A stretch of DNA of 64,000 bases from Candidatus Poseidoniaceae archaeon (GTDB lineage Archaea; Thermoplasmatota; Poseidoniia; Poseidoniales; Poseidoniaceae), in assembly GCA_949373095.1 (NCBI GenBank), contig CASIBY010000001.1:68882-132881 (forward strand), in the 5' to 3' direction. The position numbers and the translations under genes were made by a program. The notes beneath the pieces are model-generated. The model did no database searches, was not told where the DNA came from, and worked only from the letters and a program-made list of their open reading frames with translations. How positions within the stretch are numbered: position 1 is the stretch's first letter; every line of letters begins with the position of its first letter. Below, in pieces: positions 1 to 9,540 of this stretch.

Positions 1-156
1 AAAGAGCGAGCGATTCTGATGGAGCAACTGGCCTTTGAAAAAGAGTTGGAGTCTGACCAAACAGATTTGCTACAAGCACCTATTGTACCGAGACTTATTC
101 CAATTGATGAATTACCCCCACTGCCATTGGCTTCTGGAGGTGAAGGCAATGAGTGA
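1..156 (+). CDS. 3' end of an upstream gene (partial, hypothetical)
   Basis: Frame 1 is open from the window edge to TGA at 154-156 (..LIPIDELPPLPLASGGEGNE*). Its stop overlaps the ATG at 149 of the next gene (ATGAGTGA). No family recognised. Confidence 0.3.
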   Translation, partial: KERAILMEQLAFEKELESDQTDLLQAPIVPRLIPIDELPPLPLASGGEGNE

Positions 157-1450
157 GACTTCCAAAACGACTGCGGTCGCCTTCACATTGCTTCTGTTCC
201 TCTGCTGCATTCCTACGATGAACGGCTCGGCTGAACTCACACCTGATGAGCGCCTTGCGGAGCAAGGTTTGACGCTACTTGCCCTGCGTAACGATACGAT
301 TGATACCAACCAAGATGGAGACATTGACGCTGTACGAGTTGTTGTCGCTCTTAATTCCACCCAATTCCAAAATGAGATGATTATCAAGTTGCGCGGACTG
401 CACAAAGAACGAGAGGTAATGGTGGTCCAAGAACTAGCATTTGAATCTCAGACAAACATCAGTTTAGTGTACGATTCATGGTCTGCTGGTGAGCATGACT
501 TGAGGTTGGATTTCTTTGACCGCGATGGTGACTTTATTGCCACTTATCCTCTTCCAACTTTCCTTCTCAGGCCTGCATTGCAAGTCCCTCTGGTCCGCCT
601 TGACCTTGACGCCGGACAAAGCATCCAAACAGGAGAAACCTGCACTGTCACTCGTGATTTCTCTGATGAAACCGGACCGAGATATGGTGAATCCGGAGTG
701 CGTACATTCACGGGAGCACCCTTTAGCGTTCTTGAAACCCAGCAATCTCTTGATTGTTCATCTTGGCCAGCCGGAGATTATGATCTGAAAGAAACCTACC
801 GTAACGGGCTGGGCCAAACTACAGAATCGTCGTTGAATTTTACCATTTTTAATCGCCCTCCTCCAGATTTCGCTCTGAGAGTAATGGGCCACCAAAACAC
901 AACGGACACACCGTGCGCTGTAATGGTGGAGTCCGAACAATCCATGGATTATTCCTCAATGGCGAAGATATGGTCGGTTCAAGGTACGGTCGTATCAGGC
1001 GTCAATAGTTCCTCCTTCGATTGCTCAAATTTGGGGCCAGGGGCCCATCTCGTCACATTAGAAATCATCACTGAGAAAATGATTTCATCGACCCAAGGAA
1101 CTAACCTTATTCGCCTTCCTTCGTTAGAATTGATGGAAAATGAGAGTGCATCACTTCCATCAACTTCACTCGGGCCAGGAACAGAAACAACATCTGTTGG
1201 TTGGATTTCAATCGGCATATTGGCTCTTGTCGTAACGATTCTCGTCTTTTTGATGTTGGTCAGGGTACGAGAATCTGAACCGCTAGAACTACCTAATTTG
1301 GGGCCCGAACCACAGATTCTAGCCGACGGTTCTCCTGATTCACAGGGACTCCCCACAACTGTTGATGACCAAGGTATGTTGTGGCGACAACATCCAGATG
1401 GCTCTGTAGATTGGTGGGACAAAGATTGGAGAATCTGGCATAAGTGGTGA
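149..1450 (+). CDS. secreted, C-terminally membrane-anchored protein (hypothetical)
   Basis: ORF 35..1450. The first ATG at 149 gives a signal-peptide-like N-terminus (TTAVAFTLLLFLCCIPTMNGSA). One TM helix lies near the C-terminus (VGWISIGILALVVTILVFLMLV), followed by a Trp-rich cytoplasmic tail (DWWDKDWRIWHKW). Confidence 0.7.
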   Translation: MSETSKTTAVAFTLLLFLCCIPTMNGSAELTPDERLAEQGLTLLALRNDTIDTNQDGDIDAVRVVVALNSTQFQNEMIIKLRGLHKEREVMVVQELAFESQTNISLVYDSWSAGEHDLRLDFFDRDGDFIATYPLPTFLLRPALQVPLVRLDLDAGQSIQTGETCTVTRDFSDETGPRYGESGVRTFTGAPFSVLETQQSLDCSSWPAGDYDLKETYRNGLGQTTESSLNFTIFNRPPPDFALRVMGHQNTTDTPCAVMVESEQSMDYSSMAKIWSVQGTVVSGVNSSSFDCSNLGPGAHLVTLEIITEKMISSTQGTNLIRLPSLELMENESASLPSTSLGPGTETTSVGWISIGILALVVTILVFLMLVRVRESEPLELPNLGPEPQILADGSPDSQGLPTTVDDQGMLWRQHPDGSVDWWDKDWRIWHKW

Positions 1451-1454
1451 TTCT

Positions 1455-2330
1455 ATGGACGTCAAAGAAATAGGCCTGACAGTCATCATAGCCCTTGTTG
1501 GATTGTTTTTGCTTCGTCTCGCCTATGTTTGGTGGACTCGTATTCGGCCTCTTCGGCCCAAATTAGATCTTATTTGGGCGGCCGATTGTGAACACCTCAC
1601 TACTGCTCAAGTCGATGGCAACGATATCACGTTCAACATGGTTCGTGATTTTTATTGGCGAACAACTCGGGACCGTGATGAGCGATGGGAAGAAGAAGTA
1701 AAGGTTCGTTTGGATGAACTGAAGGATGTTTGGTTCATGGTAGATCATTTCCATGCGATAAAAGGAATGGCTCATACCTATCTTACCTTTGAATTTGAAT
1801 GTGGAACATGCCTCTCTTTCTCTTTCGAGACACGCCGTGAAAAGGGTGAACGTTACCATCCGTGGGATGGGCTTTGGCGAGCGTATGAACTCTACCTCTT
1901 GGTTGGGTTTGAACGAGATGTGACGGGGCTACGAACCCATGCTCGGCAAAACAAAGATTACATGTTCAGAGCCATCACCCCACCTGGTAAAGATAAGATG
2001 CTTCTTCTTGGTATGATTCAAAAGTTGAATCAACTGTCAGTTAGCCCAGAATGGTACCATTCCTTGCTGACGACATGCAATACGTCTATCGTGCAAATTG
2101 TCAACCGTGTGACTCCGGGAAGAATCCCTTTCTTGTGGAGGAATTTTCTCCCAGGCCATACCCCTCGTGCCGCATTTAAACTCAAGTTGATTGAAGATTG
2201 GGGCGGATATGAATCCACACTTGAACGGGCCCGGATTGATGAGGTTGCTCAAAGTTGGGATGGCGTTGAGGATTATTCAGCCATGCTAAGGAGCCATATC
2301 CCTAAGGGTCCAGTCACCGAAGAGATTTGA
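1455..2330 (+). CDS. DUF4105 (Lnb N-terminal domain)-like membrane-anchored protein
   Basis: 291-aa ORF with an N-terminal TM helix. The core blocks (AHTYLTFEF..., YELYLLVGFERD, WYHSLLTTCNTSIV) resemble the DUF4105 family, which ends in a Y..L.nNCtt motif. Assignment is from memory of the family consensus. Confidence 0.55.
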   Translation: MDVKEIGLTVIIALVGLFLLRLAYVWWTRIRPLRPKLDLIWAADCEHLTTAQVDGNDITFNMVRDFYWRTTRDRDERWEEEVKVRLDELKDVWFMVDHFHAIKGMAHTYLTFEFECGTCLSFSFETRREKGERYHPWDGLWRAYELYLLVGFERDVTGLRTHARQNKDYMFRAITPPGKDKMLLLGMIQKLNQLSVSPEWYHSLLTTCNTSIVQIVNRVTPGRIPFLWRNFLPGHTPRAAFKLKLIEDWGGYESTLERARIDEVAQSWDGVEDYSAMLRSHIPKGPVTEEI

Positions 2331-2979
2331 CCATCACAAGAGCGCCTTCTTCAAACGAAAGCTGTATCTGCTTTTTCTTGGCAATATTATGGACGCCCTG
2401 ACTCCCCATTTCTAATCGGTGTTGATGTAATTCATATGAACAGCCGGTGAGGCTGATGCCATCGCAAAATGGAATTGCAAACAAGGAGAATTCGTCGCCG
2501 GGATTCATTTCTATAGAATAAAGAGTTTCTTTGGCTAGGGTCTGAATACTCTTTCCGTCATGGACCATTTCGATCTGAAGTTTAGAAGCCACACTTGTCA
2601 GGATGTTTCCCCATTCATGGCCGAGGTCATGGCCTAATCCACCAAAGACAACCAACCTTGTTTGTCCTTCTTCAGCACAATAATTGACGGCTTTTGTGAA
2701 ATCGTTTGATTCTTGGTCGTTGATTTCGACAACTTCGCCTCCTTGCTTTAGAAAATCCACCAACGTCTTTTTTTCAACGCTATCCATGTCTCCAATTACG
2801 AGATCTACTGGAAGGTCAGCAGCCAATGCTCGGTCAAGGGCTCCGTCGCAAGCAATGACTTGAACAGCTAGTTCGCATTGAGGTTGAAGAAGGGCAATAC
2901 TTGGCCATGGGCCGTTTGCTAAAATGAGGCGGTAGGCTTCTTCCACGCTGCTGCGAGATGGTGTCCCTTTCTCAACCAA
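2314..2979 (-). CDS. thiamine pyrophosphokinase
   Basis: 221 aa. Carries the IGDMDS and NDQESNDFTKA motifs (TPK catalytic GDxDS / DQdtTD blocks) and a C-terminal thiamine-binding-like domain. TTG start as given by the ORF track. Converges on the previous gene with a 17-nt overlap. Confidence 0.7.
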   Translation of the reverse strand: MVEKGTPSRSSVEEAYRLILANGPWPSIALLQPQCELAVQVIACDGALDRALAADLPVDLVIGDMDSVEKKTLVDFLKQGGEVVEINDQESNDFTKAVNYCAEEGQTRLVVFGGLGHDLGHEWGNILTSVASKLQIEMVHDGKSIQTLAKETLYSIEMNPGDEFSLFAIPFCDGISLTGCSYELHQHRLEMGSQGVHNIAKKKQIQLSFEEGALVMVKSLR

Positions 2980-3007
2980 ACGGTCATGTTGATTGGCTTT
3001 TTGTCCA

Positions 3008-3030
3008 TTGACCCCCTAAGGGGGGGTCAA
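3008..3030. promoter_or_regulatory. GC-rich palindrome in divergent intergenic region
   Basis: TTGACCCCC-TAA-GGGGGGGTCAA: a 9-bp inverted repeat around a 3-5 nt centre. It lies between the divergently transcribed TPK gene and the giant surface-protein gene. Confidence 0.35.
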
Positions 3031-3077
3031 GAAATAAGTGAACAACGATTTTCTAGGTCGGAGTGTGTGAGTGTGTC

Positions 3078-6000
3078 ATGTCGGGTGCTCTTTTTGGAAC
3101 TCCAGTGCAAAAAAGCGTTCTCATTTTCCTGCTTTTTTTGCTCACCTCATTTTCTCCCATGGTGAATTATCAAGGTGCTGAGATATTTGAGGAGGTCAAA
3201 GAAAATCCTCAATCATCGTCTCCATTCACTCTTTCAAGTGGTGATGGGCATGATTTCGCAGGGGCCGTAATTTCATTTGACGGCCTTGAAAATGCAGTTG
3301 TTCGGGAAGAATCAGCCTTAGATTTCTGGTCGAATGTTGAGTTGAATAATTCTTCAGTTGAGCATCACGGTGTTCCAGACATGAAACTCACCCGACACAG
3401 CACTGAACATTTCTGCTGGAGTACCGAAGAAGGTCCTGTTCGTACAGCGGTTCATACCCCTAGTGGCTTCTGGTCTTCGATGCTCGTTGATAATGTGACG
3501 GCGTCCAATTCAACCGAACTTGTCGACTGTGCAATCGCAGTGACTGACAATGAACGTCCACGTGTTCTCTACGCCGATGGACCCGACCTGAAAATGGGGC
3601 GATATGCTGCACTGAGTCAAAATTACTGGCAGGGGGCAAGATGGCACACACGTACAATTTTTGAGGATGTGAATGCTACTCATTTGGAAATGGACATCAC
3701 TCCTGATGGATTAGAATGGGGGTTGATGAGGACCCAAGATGGTGCTTTACATCAAGTGAACTTCAGTGGAAATTACTGGACAAAGTATCTTCTCGACGCA
3801 GGACCCGTTGGTACCGACCTTGAATTAGAGGTTGATTCAACCGGTGTTGCCCATATTCTCTACACTCGGGACACATCTGGTTCTGTTATTCTCCTGAGGA
3901 TTGACGGATGGGAGCATGAAACTCAGATTCTTTCACAAGATGCGAGCACAAGTTCAGCACTAGGTATGGGGCTGGACGCCAACAATATTGAGCAAGTGGC
4001 GACGGTTTTGCAAGGGCCATCGAGTTTTTCTATTCAGTTGATTCGTTCATTAGATGGACAAGACTCTGGTAGGATTAATCCGACGCCATCCTACACCCTA
4101 GCCGGAGAAGATGACGCCATGGAAGGTTCCATGGTGATGGGTGACTTGAACGCAGATGGATTCGCAGATTTGGTTGTTGCAACTCCAACAGCAGATATTC
4201 TCGGGAATACTCACAACGGCAGAGTTGATGTTTACCACGGTTCAATTTCAGGGCTTTCATCAATTCCAGATGTCATTTTGGCTGGCGAAGGGGACCTTTT
4301 CCACTTTGGAATGGGAATCGACCTTGGTGACTTTAATGGGGATGGAATCCAAGATCTAGCTGTTGGCGTTCCCGGATGGTACAACCTTACTCAAAACGAG
4401 GGTCAGCAAGGCCAAGTTCAAATTTTCAGTGGGCATACTGATGGATTGATTTCCCAACCTCTGTACTCCATGTCAGGAACTGGAGACGAGCGTATTGGAG
4501 ATGTACTGAACTCACTTGAACAGAACGGTAGCCATTCAGCATTGGCTGTCTCTGCACAAGGGTGGGGCAATGGTCTCACTGGCAGTGAGAACAAATCAGG
4601 GAAAGTCCTTCTCTTCGGTTTTGAAACCGGTAACATGGCTCTAGAGCGGAATCTAACTCAAACCTCAAACGGGAAAATGTTTGGACGCACGATGGAAGCT
4701 TGCGATATCAACGGAGACAGTTTCGATGAATTGCTCGTCGGGAATACGGGGACTTACGAAAATGCGTTATCATATTCTTCAATTGAGTACTTTGAGGGTT
4801 CTTCAAACGGATACGATGGCACTCCAATCCATATTGTTGAGTCCAATCAACAAGGAAGATTGTTTGGGCATAATCTTGCTTGTTTAGGCGACATCAACGG
4901 AGATGAACTTGAAGACCACATTATTTCTGAACCGTTCAACAGTTCAGGCGGCGGCTTCAGTGCAGGAAAACTGTGGTTGTACGATGGAACAACTGGACCG
5001 ATGTCTGTTGAGCCGGATTGGACCCTTCTCTCTTCTCAACCGAACGCCCGCATTGGTGGAGCAATTGAAGCAATTGGGGATATAAACAATGATGGTTTTG
5101 GAGACGTCCTCATCAGCAAGCTCGGTGGAAATAGCGGAGGCAGTCTCGAGATTTTCCTTGGTTCCTCATCTGGACTACAGGCAGAATCTCAATTACTAGC
5201 TCAAGGACTTAGTGGAGAATATCTGGGCTCTGTTTTAGCTGGGTACGGCGATATCAATGCAGATGGCCTCAATGAAATCATCTATTCCATGAGAAATACA
5301 TCAGAAGGAACAGACTTTAGTTTGAATTATCCCGTTCTGTCTGAACGTGATTGGGAATCACTCACCTTCACGTACAACGGTATGCTCACGGGCTTAGACC
5401 TCGGAACAGCCACACGTGGAGAAACTTCAATGGCTTTTACGCTGTCAAATAATGACGGACATAAACTGATGAAACTTGAACATATGAAGGACGGAACTCC
5501 AATTGGCCAATGGGTTGAACAATGCATTGTTTCTTCCATTGACCCTTCAACTCAGTTCATCTTTGATGTACGTCCATCGGGGATGCCGATTATCGTTACT
5601 GAAGACAACATGCACATGGTTCTTCATACACCTACTTCAACGACCGCGGTGGAAATGGATGTAGCCACCACGGGGACCATGGGACAATTCCTTGGGGCTT
5701 CTCTTGATGCAGAGGGCCAACAAACCTTGGCGTATACTTCAGGTGCGGGTCAACAAATATTCGCTAGCCAAGAATCAGCATCTGGGTGGACACACGAAAT
5801 GGTCCGTTCTGCTGCTGCCCTAGGTGGACCTATTTCGGTTTCAATCGACGAAGCAGGTGCACCGTCTCTGGTTTACAGGCTCACAACGAATCAACTTGAA
5901 CTAGCCCAACGTCCGAGTGGATGGTCTCTCACCTCTCTTGGCGTGGAAGGCCAAGCGGTTTCAACTCAACACCCATCACTCATCATGCCAGATGGGAAGC

Positions 6001-9000
6001 TTTCGGTTGCACTGGTTACTTCTGATGGTAACGCAACCAACCTCTCTCTTTGGACCTATGATGGCCTACAGTTGGAAACCTCTTGGATTGCAAATCAATC
6101 TGACTTGGATGTGCAAATCTCAACCGCTTTGCTTTCCAACGGGTCCTTGTTGGTCGCTACCCTGACCTCTACGGGAGAATTGTCCTTGTTTGAACAATAT
6201 CCTGGTTCAAGCGAGTGGGAAAACCATTCCATTGCTCAACCGAGCGGTACAGATCATGAGTATCGTTTGGACCTTTACGGAGGTCTGTCTCCTGTTTTGG
6301 CTGTCCGAGCTAATTCCGTATCTTCTCTTTACACTGTGAATGAGAATGCAACTTGGACCTCGGTCGCAGAACGTCCAGCTGCTGCAGTTGATGGGGCATG
6401 GGATATACTCCACATGGGCAGTCATTTGCTTCTCGTAACAAGTGAGCCTGTTACCCAACGAGTGACCATCAACACACTTGACCTCAACAGTATCACAAAC
6501 GCCTCCGCCTCCTGGCTCAGTGTTTCTTTTGGCGACATTGAGTCGTCAGCTCCGATGAACGCAATGATAGACAGTAACAACACCGTCCACCTTTCCTACT
6601 GGGATACTTCATCGGATGATGTTGTGGTAATGAGGCTATACGCCGACCAAGACAGAGACCTTGTCTTTGACCTCATTGACGCAATGCCAACGGTTGGTAA
6701 TCAATGGATGAACAGCGACTCAGATGGTTATGGTGACAATCCACTCGGACCATTAGGTGACGATTGCCCCAACACAGCAGGTCCCTCCGGATATTATGGG
6801 GTTCATGGATGTCTTGATTTCGATACTGATGGATATGCAGACCAAATTGATGATTGCGGTAACGACGGCGGTACATCTTGGATTGACCGGTTTGGTTGTG
6901 AAGATGCTGACCAAGACGGTTGGTCAGACAACGGACAAGGGTATATTGACGGTGACCAATTCCCAGATAATTGGAAAATATCCTTGGACACAGATGGAGA
7001 TACCTATGGTGACAATCACGGTCCCGATTGCTGTGACACGGCTTTCGATCCTTCCGTTGGTGATGAATTTCCCTACCTCTCAAGTCAATACAAAGACAGG
7101 GATGGAGACGGCTATGGTGACAACGATTCGGATGGTGTTTACGGTGATTTCTGTCCCTTTGTTTGGGGCGGTTCTTACCTTGACCGTAATGGATGCCTTG
7201 ACACGGATGGAGACGGGGCAAGCGACCCCTCAGATATTGGCAATTCATTGGAATGGAACGAATCTATGGGTGCTGACATGTGGCCAACTGACCCTACTCA
7301 ATGGGCGGACAGTGACGGTGATGGCTTCGGTGACAACGGCTCAATGAATGCCACGAATCCGGATAGTTTCCCTAATAATATTGCTGTAGCAAACGATTCG
7401 GACCAAGATGGGTACCCAGACGAGTGGACGGAATTTTACAATGCTACCATGGACGATGATGGTGATGGAATTGAAAATGCGTTTGATTGGTGCGGGGCGT
7501 CCATCGTCAACTCTACTGAACAGGTTGACTCCGATGGCTGTAATGAGTTTGATTCAAGACCCCAAGTTCGGGCACCTCCAGTCTTGAACAATCTCGGACT
7601 CACACTTGACGGGTGTCCTGGCGAGTGGGGTAATTCAACCAAACCAGCAGGTGGATGCCTTGACTCTGATGGCGACTCATGGAGCGATAACATCGACGTA
7701 TTCCCTCTTGAGCCTACTCAATGGGCTGACCTTGATGGGGACGGCTTCGGCGACCAAATCAATGGTTTCCAAGGAGACATATGCCCTGCAGAAGTAGGTG
7801 TCCTCAACGGAACTGCTGGAGTCGGATGCCGATTTATAGATTTAGCAGACCAAGACCTTGACGGTGTTATCAACCAAGATGACGCTTGCCCTGAAACACC
7901 CGCGGGTCAGTCTGTAAACGAACAAGGATGTGCAGAATCTCAACTTGACGATGATAATGATGGAGTAGCCAACAACGTTGACCTCTGTGCAGATACTACT
8001 GCAGGTGCAACCGTTGACGATGATGGTTGCAGTGCATTACAGCGAGAGTCCGATTCAGACGGTGACGGACTTAACGACCCTGAAGATTCGTGTCCTGGAA
8101 CTACTACAGGAGCTGTAGTTGATGAAAACGGATGTTCCGAAGGCCAGCGTGATTCTGATGGCGATGGTATTTCCGACCTTGCAGATGTTTGCGACGACAC
8201 GCCGGTTGGCTTCCCTATCCTTGCAAACGGATGTACTGACGAGGATGCGTTGGATACCGATTTGGATGGAGATGGTTATTCGGGTGCTTATAGTTACAAT
8301 ATTGATGCCGATACAGGACTAAGGTATGACGAACAAGGAGATGCTTACCCGATGGATGGAACGCAGTGGTTTGACCAAGATGGGGACGGATACGGTGATA
8401 ACAACTCTGGGACTAACGGAGACGATTGTCCGACTGAATACGGGACCTCGTTTGAGGATTATCTTGGCTGTTTCGATGATGGTGACGGATGGCGAGATGA
8501 ATTTGAACCTGCAAATCTAAGGAATGATTCAACACAGTGGAAGGACACTGATTTCGACGGATTTGGAGATAATTGGGGCGACCCATCCTGGAATTCGACG
8601 CGAAATCCAACCTGGCCTGGTATCTTCGTAGAAGGTGCGACTAATGCGGACTTGTGTCCAAAGACTCTCTACCAGTTGAAAGACCAAGTTGACAGTGAGG
8701 GCTGCCATCTCACCGAACGAGATTCAGACGGTGACGGAGTCTTTGATAACGAAGACATCTGTGTTGACGAACCCAAGGGTTCTGATGGATATGCGGACGG
8801 TTGCCCTTACGTTCCCCTCTCTAACGGTAATGATGACGGTGGATTGTTTGGAATGAGCGGCGGGACACTAATGATTGCCCTTTCGGCAATTGGAGTGTTG
8901 GTGATTGTAGTCTTCCTCGTGATTCTTCGTGCTACAAATCGTGAAGATGATGATGATGACGAAGATGATGATTACGAGGACTTTATCGATGAAGAAGACG

Positions 9001-9464
9001 ATTCTAATGATGTGTTTAAGTCGCTAGACCGTAAGTCTGCAGCAACCTCTACAACGACTTCTGCAGGACCTTCTCGCGGAAAGCAAACGGAACGAAAGGA
9101 AACGACATCCCCTCCAGCGCAACGTTCAGCACCATCGCAACAAAAACAATCTTCAGGGCCACCCGGTCGATCAACACCTTCGCGTGGGCCTCCTGGGGCA
9201 AAGAAGGAAGTGCAGAAAGTCGCTAAGAAAAAGTCTGTTTCAGCACAAGAAGAGCCTTCCGCAAAAGTACGTAAAGCGAAAATCAGCGTAGATTTGAGTA
9301 TTTTTGAAGACTGGCAGACAGATGAACGTGAATCCGCAGTGGACTGGGTCGTTGAGGCGCTTGGTGATGGCGAACTTGAGCGAAGTATCCTCATGCAACT
9401 CCAAGAAACAGGTTGGTCTGCTGAACAATCCCGAGCAATTTTCAATCTGGCTCGAAATCGATAA
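3078..9464 (+). CDS. giant cell-surface protein: integrin-alpha-like FG-GAP repeats plus thrombospondin type-3 (TSP3) Ca-binding repeats, TM anchor, cytoplasmic tail
   Basis: 6.4-kb uninterrupted ORF. ATG at 3078 gives a signal peptide (KSVLIFLLFLLTSFSPMVNYQG). At least 6 FG-GAP-type repeats lie at nt ~4080-5300 (GDLNADGFADLVVA, GDFNGDGIQDLAVG, CDINGDSFDELLVG, GDINGDELEDHIIS, GDINNDGFGDVLIS, GDINADGLNEIIYS). Dozens of DxDxDGxxDxxD TSP3 repeats lie at nt ~6646-8815. TM helix LMIALSAIGVLVIVVFLVIL (~8870-8930), then an acidic run (DDDDDEDDDYEDFIDEEDD), a S/P/K-rich linker and a small helical C-terminal domain. Confidence 0.9.
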   Translation: MSGALFGTPVQKSVLIFLLFLLTSFSPMVNYQGAEIFEEVKENPQSSSPFTLSSGDGHDFAGAVISFDGLENAVVREESALDFWSNVELNNSSVEHHGVPDMKLTRHSTEHFCWSTEEGPVRTAVHTPSGFWSSMLVDNVTASNSTELVDCAIAVTDNERPRVLYADGPDLKMGRYAALSQNYWQGARWHTRTIFEDVNATHLEMDITPDGLEWGLMRTQDGALHQVNFSGNYWTKYLLDAGPVGTDLELEVDSTGVAHILYTRDTSGSVILLRIDGWEHETQILSQDASTSSALGMGLDANNIEQVATVLQGPSSFSIQLIRSLDGQDSGRINPTPSYTLAGEDDAMEGSMVMGDLNADGFADLVVATPTADILGNTHNGRVDVYHGSISGLSSIPDVILAGEGDLFHFGMGIDLGDFNGDGIQDLAVGVPGWYNLTQNEGQQGQVQIFSGHTDGLISQPLYSMSGTGDERIGDVLNSLEQNGSHSALAVSAQGWGNGLTGSENKSGKVLLFGFETGNMALERNLTQTSNGKMFGRTMEACDINGDSFDELLVGNTGTYENALSYSSIEYFEGSSNGYDGTPIHIVESNQQGRLFGHNLACLGDINGDELEDHIISEPFNSSGGGFSAGKLWLYDGTTGPMSVEPDWTLLSSQPNARIGGAIEAIGDINNDGFGDVLISKLGGNSGGSLEIFLGSSSGLQAESQLLAQGLSGEYLGSVLAGYGDINADGLNEIIYSMRNTSEGTDFSLNYPVLSERDWESLTFTYNGMLTGLDLGTATRGETSMAFTLSNNDGHKLMKLEHMKDGTPIGQWVEQCIVSSIDPSTQFIFDVRPSGMPIIVTEDNMHMVLHTPTSTTAVEMDVATTGTMGQFLGASLDAEGQQTLAYTSGAGQQIFASQESASGWTHEMVRSAAALGGPISVSIDEAGAPSLVYRLTTNQLELAQRPSGWSLTSLGVEGQAVSTQHPSLIMPDGKLSVALVTSDGNATNLSLWTYDGLQLETSWIANQSDLDVQISTALLSNGSLLVATLTSTGELSLFEQYPGSSEWENHSIAQPSGTDHEYRLDLYGGLSPVLAVRANSVSSLYTVNENATWTSVAERPAAAVDGAWDILHMGSHLLLVTSEPVTQRVTINTLDLNSITNASASWLSVSFGDIESSAPMNAMIDSNNTVHLSYWDTSSDDVVVMRLYADQDRDLVFDLIDAMPTVGNQWMNSDSDGYGDNPLGPLGDDCPNTAGPSGYYGVHGCLDFDTDGYADQIDDCGNDGGTSWIDRFGCEDADQDGWSDNGQGYIDGDQFPDNWKISLDTDGDTYGDNHGPDCCDTAFDPSVGDEFPYLSSQYKDRDGDGYGDNDSDGVYGDFCPFVWGGSYLDRNGCLDTDGDGASDPSDIGNSLEWNESMGADMWPTDPTQWADSDGDGFGDNGSMNATNPDSFPNNIAVANDSDQDGYPDEWTEFYNATMDDDGDGIENAFDWCGASIVNSTEQVDSDGCNEFDSRPQVRAPPVLNNLGLTLDGCPGEWGNSTKPAGGCLDSDGDSWSDNIDVFPLEPTQWADLDGDGFGDQINGFQGDICPAEVGVLNGTAGVGCRFIDLADQDLDGVINQDDACPETPAGQSVNEQGCAESQLDDDNDGVANNVDLCADTTAGATVDDDGCSALQRESDSDGDGLNDPEDSCPGTTTGAVVDENGCSEGQRDSDGDGISDLADVCDDTPVGFPILANGCTDEDALDTDLDGDGYSGAYSYNIDADTGLRYDEQGDAYPMDGTQWFDQDGDGYGDNNSGTNGDDCPTEYGTSFEDYLGCFDDGDGWRDEFEPANLRNDSTQWKDTDFDGFGDNWGDPSWNSTRNPTWPGIFVEGATNADLCPKTLYQLKDQVDSEGCHLTERDSDGDGVFDNEDICVDEPKGSDGYADGCPYVPLSNGNDDGGLFGMSGGTLMIALSAIGVLVIVVFLVILRATNREDDDDDEDDDYEDFIDEEDDSNDVFKSLDRKSAATSTTTSAGPSRGKQTERKETTSPPAQRSAPSQQKQSSGPPGRSTPSRGPPGAKKEVQKVAKKKSVSAQEEPSAKVRKAKISVDLSIFEDWQTDERESAVDWVVEALGDGELERSILMQLQETGWSAEQSRAIFNLARNR

Positions 9465-9540
9465 GGTCACACAGGTGGTATATCAACATCCGTGAGGTCT
9501 TAAATGCAGGACCGAAGTCGCAACGATAGGGAGGGGTAAT

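Noticed and set aside
6673-7347. Long ORFs on both strands (191 aa minus, 196 aa plus) inside the TSP3 repeat region of the giant gene.
   Set aside because: They overlap the 6.4-kb ORF completely. Their translations are low-complexity (H/R/C-rich or T/V/M-rich) products of the GAY-GGN-rich repeat read out of frame, so they are shadow ORFs.
8972-9470. 157-aa and 76-aa antisense ORFs over the cytoplasmic-tail region of the giant gene, and the 125-aa ORF 9500..9877 antisense to the EF-hand gene start.
   Set aside because: They overlap well-supported genes, have no motifs and are low-complexity. They are treated as shadow ORFs.
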